A stretch of 64,000 nucleotides of DNA from Rhynchopus sp. YZ270_cl-10 (lineage: Eukaryota). Positions 49,319 to 60,537 of the stretch are shown here, one piece after another (positions within the stretch are counted from its first letter, which is position 1; every line of letters begins with the position of its first letter). Location of the stretch: the NCBI GenBank assembly GCA_964035575.1, contig OZ037833.1:1550001-1614000 (forward strand), written 5' to 3'. The notes under the pieces are model-generated. The model did not search any database. It was given only the letters and a program-made list of their open reading frames with translations, and was not told the origin of the DNA. Made by a program: the position numbers and the translations under genes.

Positions 49319-50804
49319 TAGTAGGTACACTAGGGGGTGCTCTCAATATTCCTCAAAGGCCGAAGCCTCATTTTTTTTTTTTTGTACTACGTCAGGTATA
49401 GGGAGAGCAGTGGTCGCGCTTAGTTTTTGGGAAAATCTGGGGGAGAAGAAAAAAAAATAATGGATTTCGGGTACGGAAAAACGTACCCTAGAAATGGTTA
49501 GGCGGGGGGAGGTGCGAAAACTCCGTTTTTTTTATGTCATTTCCGGGCCCATCCCGACCTTGTGTTTGTGGTGGGGTCAATATGAAAAAAACTTTTTTAG
49601 TTAAATTTTTCACAACCCCTGTTTGAACACTCCAACCAGAGGGTAAGATCCGCCAACCTTCCCCCTTTTTTTTGCAAACGAACCATGAATCTGCCATACA
49701 GCTGAAAGCTGAGAGAAAAAGGCAAAAAATGCAAAACGGGGGTATAGTGGAATGCCTATGGCATTTTCTAGGTAAAAATAAACACACACATTAGATGCAA
49801 AAAATCATTCCTAAAATGAGGGGGGGAGGGGAGGGGGAGGGAGTGAGGGTGGGAGACAATAAATACAAACGACAACTTCTCACATAGACATCCCTCATCT
49901 AACTCTGTCGTTTTTGTTCTGTTTAATAAATGAAAAAACAAAGCAAAAGAAGATGCGCAGAGTGAAAGATGCTCCAAGAAAAGATAGGTTGATGCAGACA
50001 CACACCTCCGGCTGACGATGCCAGACCCGGATGAAAGCAACAAAAAAAAAAAAAAACTCAATAAAAAGAGAGAGAAAAAAAAAAATGACGGTGCACGTCC
50101 ACCACATCCACCTAAAAAGAAATAAAAACTGGTAAGTTGAGTCTAATCCCCACTGCTTACGACCTCTGGAAATAAAATAAAATAGGGACCCTAAGGGCGG
50201 AATAAAGTAGTGTTAAACGTCCGGCAGCTCTCGAAATCTGAGTACGAACTACGAGCAAAAAAAAAAAAAAAAAAACCCCCCCAGTATTTTGGGAGGGGGT
50301 AAACTTTATTTATTCTTGTGCCTTTGTTTCTGCCTGAACCCCCCCCTAAAAACACCTGAAAAACCTGGTCCGCATCTCCCCGAGGCTTCCGCATACGTCA
50401 TGATCAAAGCTATTTTGTGGTGGCTCTCTTCTCTTTCCCATTCATCCAACCATGTGCATCCACACCCCACCTTGCCGCATACCACCTTGTATACAACAAA
50501 GTTTATTTGGTGTGGCCGACGACCCCAAAATAGCACAAAATATCACCACCAAAAAATCCAGATGCCCAGAATAGCAGAAAGTAGCAGAAAACAGCACAAG
50601 AATAGCACCCCCCCCTTTCAGCCACACCATTATTCCAAAATAAAGAAATAAAAAAAACTTTACAGTTTCTTATTTGGGTCCACCCTAACTCAAAAAAAAA
50701 GGCGGGGGAAAGGGAAGGGAAGAAAGGAAGGAAAATGGTGAGACGCACACCAGAGAAAAATAAAAGAGAAAAGATGAACCTAAGCCTCTCTGTGCTCAGG
50801 CACC

Positions 50805-50845
<41 letters not shown>

Positions 50846-51686
50846 AAAACTTGCACGGTGGCCCAGCGGACCCTTTTGGGGGTACCCCCGGGGGTACCCC
50901 CAAAAGGGGTACCCCGCAGGGTAGGGTACCACACAGGGTAGGGTCCGCGGGGGGTACCCCCTCGCGTGGGCTACCCCAGGGGGTACCCCACAGGGTTGGG
51001 TAGGGTCCGCGCGGGGTACCCTTTGGGGGGTTTGGGTCCGCGGGGGTACCCCATGGGGTACCCCCGCGGACCCTGGGGGGTACCCCCCGGGGTACCCCCT
51101 GCACACCCGGTGGCTATTGCCTCCCAGGGAAAGGGACTCTCAAAAATTTTTTTTTGCCCTATATAGGCCTAATTTCGACGATTTGAGGCCATTAAAAGCA
51201 AAAATTGGCACTTTTGAGCATCTGTGGGGGTCTAAAACGTGGTTTTGCGCAGCCGATTTTTCGTGGTTTTTTTACCAAAGACAAGTCGATTTTTGACCAA
51301 TTTTTCATGAAAAATGTGAAGGAAATCGCTTAGGAACTTACGTGTTCTAGCTACTGCATACACCGCGGGGTATAACCAAAATGACCGTATTTTGGCTGAA
51401 ATTTCGGCTTGACAATTTTTCCTCGATTTGGTCAATCTGAGGTTTTGTTTGGGGTTTTTGGGCCATTTTATGACCAACCACGCCCGTATACGTGGGAAAT
51501 TACGCGCGCAATGACGACGTCACGGCGTGGGGAGCCCTCGTAATTACGAGGGGTGCTCCCGTGATCCTTTGAGGCCATTAAAAGCAAAATTTGGCACTTT
51601 TGAGCATCTGTGGGGGTCTAAAACGTGGTTTCGCGCCCGAAAAGTCGTGATTTTACCAAAGACGCGTCGATTTTTGACCCAATTTT

Positions 51687-52663
51687 TTTTATCTAACTCA
51701 GTGAAATAAAACTCGTGTAATTTTGCGGATTACCCACAAAAGTGAGTGATATAATATGCCCTTTTTGTCACTCAATTTGAACCTAAAATGCGTGGGCGAG
51801 TGAAAAAAAGTATCACTCAGTGAAAAAAAGCACTTTTTCATCACTCCCCTTAAACACACTCAACACTGCCAAAAACGAGGAAGGATAGGATACATGACAC
51901 TTACGGATACCAAGTCTCAGCGGGTATGAGAAGCAAGGAGGTGCACAAGAAGAAATGGGACGAGTTCTTGCGGCTTTCAAACCTCCGTAAGCCATCCAGC
52001 TTGGGCGAAACATTTCGCTGTCTACTTTTATCATCTTCGCACTGTGCGAAACCTGGCAACGAGCACATGCTGGACTACTCACAGCATGTAAACAAGTACC
52101 TGGAAATTGAGACCAGGCGTATCCCAGGTTGACCTCTCATTGAAGACGATGTCGAAAAATGAGCAACAGAAGCAGGCCTACTTCACACCGAGTGACCTGG
52201 TCCGCTTCGTGTGACACGGACCTCGAAAACGACACGTACTGGCTTGTGAGGAAGTCCTGCATCTGTAAGGTTCTTCGGTGGATTGCGTACTGCGATCTTT
52301 TTTCTTGCTTTTAATTAGGCACCCAAATACCCACGGGTACCTCAAAACACTTCATACCCCTGCCAAACATAGTATTTCGTAACAAAAAGGGCATATTATA
52401 TACTCACTTTTATAGGTAATCCGCAAAATTAAACTCGTTTATTTCCCCGTTAGATAAAAGATCGTATCTGATTCAAAAAGCGCACTTCATTCACCTCGGG
52501 TGGTGTGCTTCAGAGTTGCATGCTCCATGGCAACTCGCTGCGCTCGTTACCATGAACCATTTTAGTACACTCGCTGCGCTCGTGTACTAAAATCGGCAAC
52601 TCTGAAGCACACCACCCTCGGGTGAAATAAAGTGCACTTTTTGTCATCAGATAAATAACTATT
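51687..52663. mobile_element. Crypton-like element: IR-flanked body plus T-shaped terminal hairpin
   Basis: IRs 51687-51771 and 52379-52459; branched palindrome 52465-52653. Confidence 0.7.
51920..52300 (+). pseudogene. Frameshifted N-terminal fragment of a tyrosine recombinase
   Basis: Stitched frames: SKEVHKKKWDEFL..HFAVYFYHLRTVRNLATSTCWTTHSM.NKYLE..YPRLT..LKTMSKNEQQKQAYFTPSDLVRFV..ENDTYWLVRKSCI..FFGGLRTA (box I Arg). Confidence 0.6.
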
Positions 52664-54334
52664 TTCTTCTCGCCCAAAATCGGGCGTGGTAGGTCATAAA
52701 TGGCCCAAAAAATACAAAGCCTCAATGAGCAAATTGTGAAGAAAAAAAAAATTGGTCGAAGTTTTGGTCATTTTTGCCATGTGGCAACAAATAGAATGCA
52801 GGTATCAGTATCAGTGGGATTGTTCGTGCAGTGATGTTCTCGTACCTGGAGAGTAGGCCGAGCGAGTGCTGCAAGGTATGTTTTTAAGCCCCGGTTTTTA
52901 CACCCCCCCCGCTCCCCCTTTTCGCCTTTGTCCCGCTCGGATGTAAATCGAAGCATATTTTTATTGTCAAAATTGTCACTTTTACTTTTTTATCATGGCA
53001 TCTCGTAACCTCTACAACTCTTTTACGTCAGGGAACCGGATGAGGTGCTACTTCCGGACTGAGGAAGGGCAGTCTTTTACTTTCTTTTTTGCATGGAAGA
53101 GGTACGGAGCGGCTTCTTGTTTGTTTGTTTGATTTTTTTTGTTGTAGTCTCTACTTTTGCACTCAATTTCTCTCAACAGGTACCCGAACCGACGACCCTT
53201 CATCGTGACAGCGAAACAGTGCCGATGGAAGAGCTGGTGCAATTATTGCAAACCGGGTGGGGACCGCAAAAGTTGGGTTTTTAAACCAATTTTTCCATTA
53301 ACCCACCCCATAGACCGCCCCAATTATTATGAAACTCTTAGTCAGTCACTGCTATAGCCATTAACCCAGGGAGCATAGCTAGTGCAAAAAATTCGACTTC
53401 GGGATCCGGAAAGTCTGTCCTCTGCTCTTGCAGAGGACTACAGTAGGCACAAGAAAATATCGCGTTCCCCCAGAAAACCAATTTTTGTCACAGTAATTTT
53501 TGCCCAGGGCATGCTCTTGAAGCATGGCGGCTTGGTGTGAGAAGGGGCAGTGTATTGTTTTGTTCTAGATTTCAACGGTTGTTAGAACGAGTCAAGTGGA
53601 TGCTTATCTAAACACTGACTTTAGTACAGACCCGAGAGATCAGATATGACTTTGAGGAAAGAACAAAGCAATGCATCTGTACCCGCACGCCAGGTTGTAG
53701 TTACTTCAGAATTTTCTTAAGTTTGCGCGAAAGAGAGCGGGGGCAACTCCTTTGTGTCATGAGTCCGCTGTGCAGCACAAAGCGAGGAACCTTAAAACAC
53801 TACCTGCGTGGTGGCTGAATTCACATCCCTTAGAATTACCAGAATTCAGCCTTTGTTGAAGTAACGTACATACTTGTATGTGCGTGTCACGCTTCTCCAC
53901 CCTTAAATGGGTGCACTGCTTCACTGCAGCGGGTAAGCCTCTCTCGACTAGTGCGAACTTAAGAATGTTCTGCTGCAACTTACCAAAATCGATTTTCTCA
54001 CCCCAAACACCCGCAACACCCCACCTGCTACTTCGGTAGCCTGTGTTGTTGGGAGTTGGTTCTCATGTTGATCCCCAGTGACTGTCTTGCACTGCTTCTT
54101 CTGAGCCCAACGCTGTTTGGCCTGTCGACGGGGTAATAAATACGAAGACAGGGGGGCGGTGCCAACAATTTTCCGATGATGTAACGTTTATCTGATTGAT
54201 TTATCGTTTGATATACCTTGTGTGTCCTTCTTCATGCACACCAAGCAACATATATTGAACGGTATTTTCAAGCGATACTTCGTTATGTCATCGGGGGGCG
54301 GACCCCGCGCGGACCCTTGACTCTGGCACTCTGG

Positions 54335-54468
54335 CTGTACCTGTGTACCTGTGTACCTGTGTACCTGTGTACCTGTGTACCTGTGTACCTGTGTACCTGT
54401 GTACCTGTGTACCTGTGTACCTGTGTACCTGTGTACCTGTGTACCTGTGTACCTGTGTACCTGTGTAC
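54335..54468. repeat. (GTACCTGT)n tandem array, about 16 units
   Basis: Direct reading. Confidence 0.95.
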
Positions 54469-54820
54469 CCCCAGTGCCAGTCAGGGTCCGCGCGGGGTAC
54501 CCCAGGGGGTACCCCTCAGATTTGGGGGGTACCCCATGGGGTACCCCATGGGGTAGTCTGGGGGGTACCCCATGGGGTACCCCATGGGGTACCCCATGGG
54601 GTACCCCTCAGATTTGGGGGGTACCCCATGGGGTACCCCATGGGGTAGTCTGGGGGGTACCCCATGGGGTACCCCCCGCGGACCCTACCCTAAGGGTAGG
54701 AATGGGCCACCGTGTGGTTGTATTAGTGTAGACACCCGAGGATGAACTCCACTATTTTTTTTTTTTGAAAAGGGAGGTTGAAAGAGAAAAGAAAGTAAAT
54801 GTTGATAGAAAAATGAAATA

Positions 54821-54931
54821 CAGTAAGACAACAAACATTGGTGGGGGGGTAAAAACCCCTCCCTTAGAGTTTTTTGAAATCCCAAAAACCCACCTTAGTT
54901 TTTACCCCTCCGGTGTTTTGTTGTCTTACTG
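54821..54931. mobile_element. Small MITE (CAGTAAGACAACAAA TIRs), related to the 9446 family
   Basis: 15-bp exact TIR extending imperfectly; TA only on the left side. Confidence 0.55.
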
Positions 54932-55369
54932 CGTCATAAGCGCCTCTGCAGACGGAAATCGCTTTTGAGCGGAGGAGTGATGAAAGTGCGCAGTGTAGCC
55001 GAGAGGCGGGAAAATCACTGTGGCATACACAGTGCGCACCATGGAAAACGTTGCTTGTCTTTGTGTGCATTTTGTTTGCATATTTTCAAAAATTTGGTTG
55101 TATTGTGTACACTTGAGGAGCTCCGCTATATTTTGTTGATCAGATAACGGTCAAGTGGTCACACAGCCATTCCGTAATTTTTTTGAAGACAAAAAAAAAA
55201 ACTTGAAAAATGAATGTGCCTCCAGGGCACATCCCACAAACGACAAGTTAAAAAAAACCCCCCTAAGCCTCACTGTGCTTAGTCAATTTGAAATAGAACG
55301 AAAACTCGAAAGGTGCGCGATGCGCAGCCGTCTCACAAAAAAAACAGAGAAATTGTTTTGGTTTAGCCC

Positions 55370-55470
55370 ACCTGATTTTTGCCTGAAATTTTTTTGGGTG
55401 GAGTTTTGGGGGTTTTAAATACCACCAAAATCTACTAAAAAAACCCATCAAATTTCAGGCAAAATCAGGT
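55370..55470. repeat. Small foldback (ACCTGATTTT(T)GCCTGAAATTT arms)
   Basis: ~21-bp inverted arms. Confidence 0.6.
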
Positions 55471-57130
55471 AGTTAGTGCAGCCAGACGTAGTCACCTTTT
55501 TATTTTACTTTTGGGGGAGGGACATGGGACAACAATTACTCTAGGTATTTTGTGTTCATATCCCCCCACACACACTCGCCTTATTTTGTAAAATATCCCG
55601 CTGTATCTCCACTTGCCAGAGAAGGGGGGATAACGGGGGAAAAAAAACCTGCCTTTTTTTTACATTCCTTTCAAAAAAACAAAAGAGAATGGTTGAAATA
55701 CGGGAATTGTCTCATTGAGACCAGAACACCCATCAAAAGGAGAGCCACGTGTACTCTCGCCCTGCTACCCACGCTACACGATGGTGATACCGACAAAGTT
55801 AGTTCTGTACCAGGTGTGTGTGTGTGTGCCTAATTTGCCCCCTTTTTTTCGGGGAAAAAAGATTGTTTCATATACTATCTATTCTACTGAATAGAAGGTA
55901 TAGGGTAACACTAAATGTCCCCAAACTTTCTTTTACTTTATGTGGATTGACAAAAGAAATAAAGGAGATTTTTTTTTTTATAGAGATACTTTTAGATAAA
56001 AGAAAATCCCTATTTTGTAAGGAAGGGCCCTGTTTTTGGTCTGCTCCAGAAGAAAACCATGCGATGGCAACGAGCTTGCATCTGGGAGACCAGGGGTTCT
56101 TTGCTTTGCTTTTTAGAAAAAAAAAGGGGGGACTAGAAAAAATAAAAATTGGGAGAATGTACGTTGTTGAGCACAGTACATCTATTAACAAGAGAGACAA
56201 CAGTTGGTAAGATGATACTATAGCCTCACTTCCTAAATGAAACCATTTTTTTCTTTTTTTTTTTACGCACACTACTTTGTGAGCGGAAAAATGTCAATGT
56301 CGTTCACTCACCCAACCATGCCTCCGCAACACCACCACCCAACAGTGTAATAGCGTCAACACACCAAAATATCTACAAGGGGTGAGGGAACGACAAAGTG
56401 ACACTTTTTTTTTTGACATGGATGTGCTTACCGTACGTACCTCCTTTTATTTTACCCACCACCCCCTCCGGTTCCCCCCCACATCCCCCCCCCACCCCCA
56501 CCCATTGAACACTAAAGAATCTGATTGAAAAATACGACTTCCTCACCTCGGTGAACGTTGTTTGAATAGACGGGGTATATGAAAATATCAGGGAAAAATA
56601 TGGGGAATATATGGGGAAAAAAGATGAGAATATAACATAAATGGGTGATGCACACCAAAAGCATGTGAGCAGGGATGGATGGATGGGTGGCGTTGGGGAT
56701 GATTTACCTTTGAAATATCGATAAAGTCACCTCGTCAAGGGATGACAGGTTTATGTATATAAAAATAAGAAGGGATGAGGTGGGGGGTTTTTCCCGGTTG
56801 GTAAAGCAGGGCATGGTGGGGTGCCATTTGGGGATTTCTCTCAGTTTTTTGCCTCTCCGCCAATCGTCCAAAAGGTGGGTTCTATACTCAATATCACCTA
56901 GGGGCGGGGCGAAGAGGAACTCTTGACGGCACAGTGACCAGAGTGTTCCTGACTGAAAGAAAGAAAAAAAGAAAATAAAATAAAGGGAGAGAGAGAGAGA
57001 GAGAGAGAGAGAAAAAAAACCTTGATATTGCTGAACACGAAGGGCCCGTTGGGTGTTCAGAACACCTGGATGCTTTAAAACAAAGTTGGGCAAAGATGGT
57101 CCTCGGTCGTCACCTTGCTGTGGAACAACC

Positions 57131-58459
57131 TCAGTGTGTGTGTGGCTGCTGGTACTGTGCAGGCAGGCCTCCGCACATGCATGCAGTGCGTTGTTGTTGT
57201 GTGTAAGGCTGCTGCTGCTGCTGCTGTTGCTGTTGCGGTGTCACATACTGCTGTGTGTGTGGGAATGACGGGATGGCGGCGTACACATGCCCCTGAGGCC
57301 CCTGGCACTGCTGTGGGTGTGGCTGCATCATGTACGGCGAAGGCTGCATCTGCATGTGCGGTTGGTGCTGCTGATGTGCGGGCATCGGCAACTGCTGGTA
57401 CGGCTGATGCGGGTGGCGCTGGGGGATCTGCTGTTGCGGCTGCGGCTGCTGCTGCGTCTGCTGCTGCGGGACTTGCTGGTGTTGCTGCCTTTCGTTGTAA
57501 CCGAGTCGCGACACCTCTGCAGCCAGGCTGGAGTTCTTCGACTGAAGGTCCTGAAGCTGTCTCTGCAATTCCGCAAGCATCTGGACATTCGCATTGGCCG
57601 GCTGCTGCTGTTGCTGCGGCTGTGGTTGCGTCTGCTGCTGCGGCTGGTGGTACTGCTGTCCCATCATCGCAGGTGTCGGGGCGACAGTCGACCCCCCGTT
57701 CATGGACGGTGCGGCTGCGGCAGCTGCAGCAGCTGCTGCTGCCGCTGCGGCCCGCTCCTCAGCTTGCGACGGGTGGGTGGGGAAGGACAGAGACTTCTGC
57801 TGGCAGAAGAACTCACCGTAGCTGACAGCACGGGTGGTGAGCCCGTAGCCAGCCACGATGCGCTGGAACACTTCGTGGTCGCTCTTGTCGAGCGAGAGGA
57901 ACATGGCGTGGTCGCGGTGTGTGCTGATGATGAGACGGCCCGAGGTCACGTAGTTGTACACACACTTCACGTTTGTGAAGGGCAGCTCCTGGAGGGTGCG
58001 TGGCCCCTTGACGACCTTCAGCGAGCCAGGCACAATGATGAGCTGGCATTCACGCACGCTTTTCCATTCGCGGTCGCGCCCGTAACGCCACGCCCAGAGG
58101 GAGAGGGCACGCTCCTTCCCGCTGGAGGCATCGCCCTTCTTGTCCTCCTTCTTGTCCTCTTTCTTGTCTTCCTTGGGCTTGTCTTCCTGCTTGTCCTCCT
58201 GTTTGTCTTCCTTGACGTCCACAGGGCTGTCCGTCGACGTCTCTGTCGTCGACTTGGAGCTCGTCGAGTCTGCCTTCGACCCATCAGAGCTGTACGCACC
58301 CATCTGCCCAAGCGGGTTTTTGTTCAGCTTTGTGAACTCCGTCAGCTGCGACGCGTCAATCAGCTTCTTTGCTGTCGACGTCGGTGTGCGTGACCTCTGT
58401 GCACCTCCGTCCACACGCGACACAACTGTTGCAGACCTGGTGCGACGCTGGGCTCCCAT
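57131..58459 (-). CDS. Hypothetical protein with PH-like domain, short coiled coil and Gln/Pro-rich C-terminus; probable in-frame 54-nt intron near 57763-57816
   Basis: 442-aa ORF; beta-rich W-containing domain ending in a helix; poly-Q tracts. Confidence 0.75.
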   Translation of the reverse strand: MGAQRRTRSATVVSRVDGGAQRSRTPTSTAKKLIDASQLTEFTKLNKNPLGQMGAYSSDGSKADSTSSKSTTETSTDSPVDVKEDKQEDKQEDKPKEDKKEDKKEDKKGDASSGKERALSLWAWRYGRDREWKSVRECQLIIVPGSLKVVKGPRTLQELPFTNVKCVYNYVTSGRLIISTHRDHAMFLSLDKSDHEVFQRIVAGYGLTTRAVSYGEFFCQQKSLSFPTHPSQAEERAAAAAAAAAAAAAAPSMNGGSTVAPTPAMMGQQYHQPQQQTQPQPQQQQQPANANVQMLAELQRQLQDLQSKNSSLAAEVSRLGYNERQQHQQVPQQQTQQQPQPQQQIPQRHPHQPYQQLPMPAHQQHQPHMQMQPSPYMMQPHPQQCQGPQGHVYAAIPSFPHTQQYVTPQQQQQQQQQPYTQQQRTACMCGGLPAQYQQPHTH

Positions 58460-58895
58460 TGTATCTACTTAGGGCAGGACGCAAGGGTGCAAAGGGGAAG
58501 GTTGGGTGTGGGTGGGATATGTAACGGAGTAAATAGGTATGTCTGTCGAAGGTGGTGGGAGTGAGGTGGGAGTGAGATGCAAAACAAATGTAGCAAAATA
58601 ATGCATTTTTTTTTGTCGATCGTGCTGCTCCATTGCAGCTGTCCTACGCGGTATTTTTTATTTTTTGTCCGCTTTGTTCTGCCTTTTTCTTTTTGAAAAG
58701 AAAGGCAGAACCCCACTTTTAAGTACCAACAATGCACAACACATCACACATCAGCGCATTTCCAGCTCTACAGGAAAGTCGTAATCATCAGACAGAGCAG
58801 ACTTTCCTCCGACGTATCCGCTACCCGAGACAGAGTATCCAGAGACGGTTTCGACCTGCAGACAGAGGTGGGGACATGACACAATCAATTATAGT

Positions 58896-60070
58896 CAGGG
58901 GTGTCGCTAATTTTGGGGAAATTTTTGAAAAATCTGAAATCGGGGTGCAAATTTTTTTTTTTACGTGGGGATTTTTTTTCCATTACCAGGGGGCGAAAAA
59001 ACAGTGTTTTGTGGCATTTCCGAGCCAATCCCACGCTGTGGTGGGGGATATACGGAAAAATGGACAAACTTTTAGTGACTTAAATTTTCACAAAATATGA
59101 ACCCATACTCTTAAACATGGGTCATTTTCAGGTCTGAAAACCCAAATTCAGATGAAATTGTGGTGTTTTTGACATTACTGAGAACAGTAGGTAGCGCCGC
59201 AGGCGCACGGTACCCAACTTTTGTCTTTTTCTTTTTCCCTTTTCTCTGCGTTCTTTTGATTGTGCGAGCCGATTGCTCTCCACGGTGGGGTCACATGTGT
59301 GCGCTAAAATACGCTAAAGTACCCTTACTATGAAGTATGAGATTCTCTGGTTTTAGCAAGGAAACCCTTGCAAGCATGTTCCCAGATCACGAAAAAAGGG
59401 GAGGCGTTTTTGTTGATTGCATCGTCCGATGCGGTGCAATTGCAGAAAATGATGGGGTCATTTTGGAAAAATGGACGAGTTTTCGGTATTTAAGTTTTGA
59501 CCATTTTTTTATTCCTGTGCACTTTTCGAGAATGCCAATTCTCGTAAACAAGGGTCATGTTCAAGTCTGAAAACACAGCTTCAGATGAAATTGTGGTGTT
59601 CTTGACTGAGAACGGTAGCGCCGCAGGCGCACGGTACCCAGCTTTTGTCTTTTTGTCTTTTCCTTTTTCTCTGCGTTCTTTTGATTGCGCGAGCCGATTG
59701 CTCTCCACGGTGGGGTCACATGTGTGCGCAAAACCACGCTATGGTACCTTTACTAAGGAAACCCTGGTCTGCAAAAAAAAAGGGTAAGGCAGGGTAAGGA
59801 AATCCCACCCAAAAAAATAAATCTTCGCGGGGTGAGGGCGGCACCTGGTGATTTTCCCTGACCCCCAAAAACCTCGTTTTTGGAACGTTCTGACACAACC
59901 GAGTTCACGGTGGCCTCTCACTTAAAAAAAGAACAAGTTGTTAACACATTAAACCCACCCTGTATTAGGTGCAAATTTTTTTTTTCCTACACAGATTTTA
60001 CTAGGGGTGCAAATTTTTTTTTTGGTTTTGAAAAAGTCGGGACCCTGGACCCGAATTAGCGACACCCCTG
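58896..60070. mobile_element. Non-autonomous hAT element (CAGGGGTGTCGCTAATT TIRs, 8-bp TSD ATTATAGT)
   Basis: Exact 17-bp TIRs; TSD at 58888-58895 and 60071-60078; internal ~190-bp duplication. Confidence 0.9.
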
Positions 60071-60537
60071 ATTATAGTCTTCCAAAAAAAATAGTTGCGA
60101 ATCAACAAAAAAACGTAAAGTTGCCTCTGGGACGGCACTGACACTCGACGGGCTATCGAACCCCCCCCCCCCAGAGCGTTGCTTGGGGAGTTGCTGACCA
60201 GGGAAACAAACTGTTAGCAGGGCAACCACAGTCATTTGAGAAACAAAACACATTCAAGCAAAAAAGGGTTGCGGCCTGACATACCTCCATGGAAGGGTAA
60301 TCTTTGATAGGATGGAACCCGACCTCTGAGATGTTCAATGTTGGCGTGGCCTTGACACGGACGCTGTGGTTGTGTTATGTGTTATGTGGAGAGTGGGGCA
60401 GTGATTCAGAAACAAAGGTCGAGAACTGAAACAAAACATACAAATTATTTTCCGGGTCCTGCTCGTAATACATGGTTGCCTTGCGAGGCCGTGTCTCGTC
60501 ACCCCCCGACGAATCTTCTTCTTTGAGTTTCACTTTC

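Larger units (their letters stand above)
50854..54714. mobile_element. 3.9-kb CAC-ended TIR element (CMC/EnSpm-like), 2-bp TSD TG, subterminal GGGGTACCCC arrays, nested insertions
   Basis: CACGGTGGCCCA TIRs; rejoined flanks reconstruct the repeat seen intact at 42940-42987. Confidence 0.8.

Noticed and set aside
49486..49772. Weak TIR pair (CCTAGAAA(A)TG..TAGGC)
   Set aside because: Too degenerate to call confidently
52860..54140. Possible transposase remnant on minus inside the CAC element (AKQRWAQ, KIDFGKLQQNIL, Cys-rich pieces)
   Set aside because: Too fragmented to identify catalytic motifs by eye; needs tBLASTn
54335..54690. Possible CRISPR-like array
   Set aside because: Simple tandem repeats with no unique spacers; eukaryotic context with no cas genes
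60140..60340. B-box-like GGTTCGAT/GGTTCCATCC motifs suggesting tRNA
   Set aside because: No cloverleaf could be built
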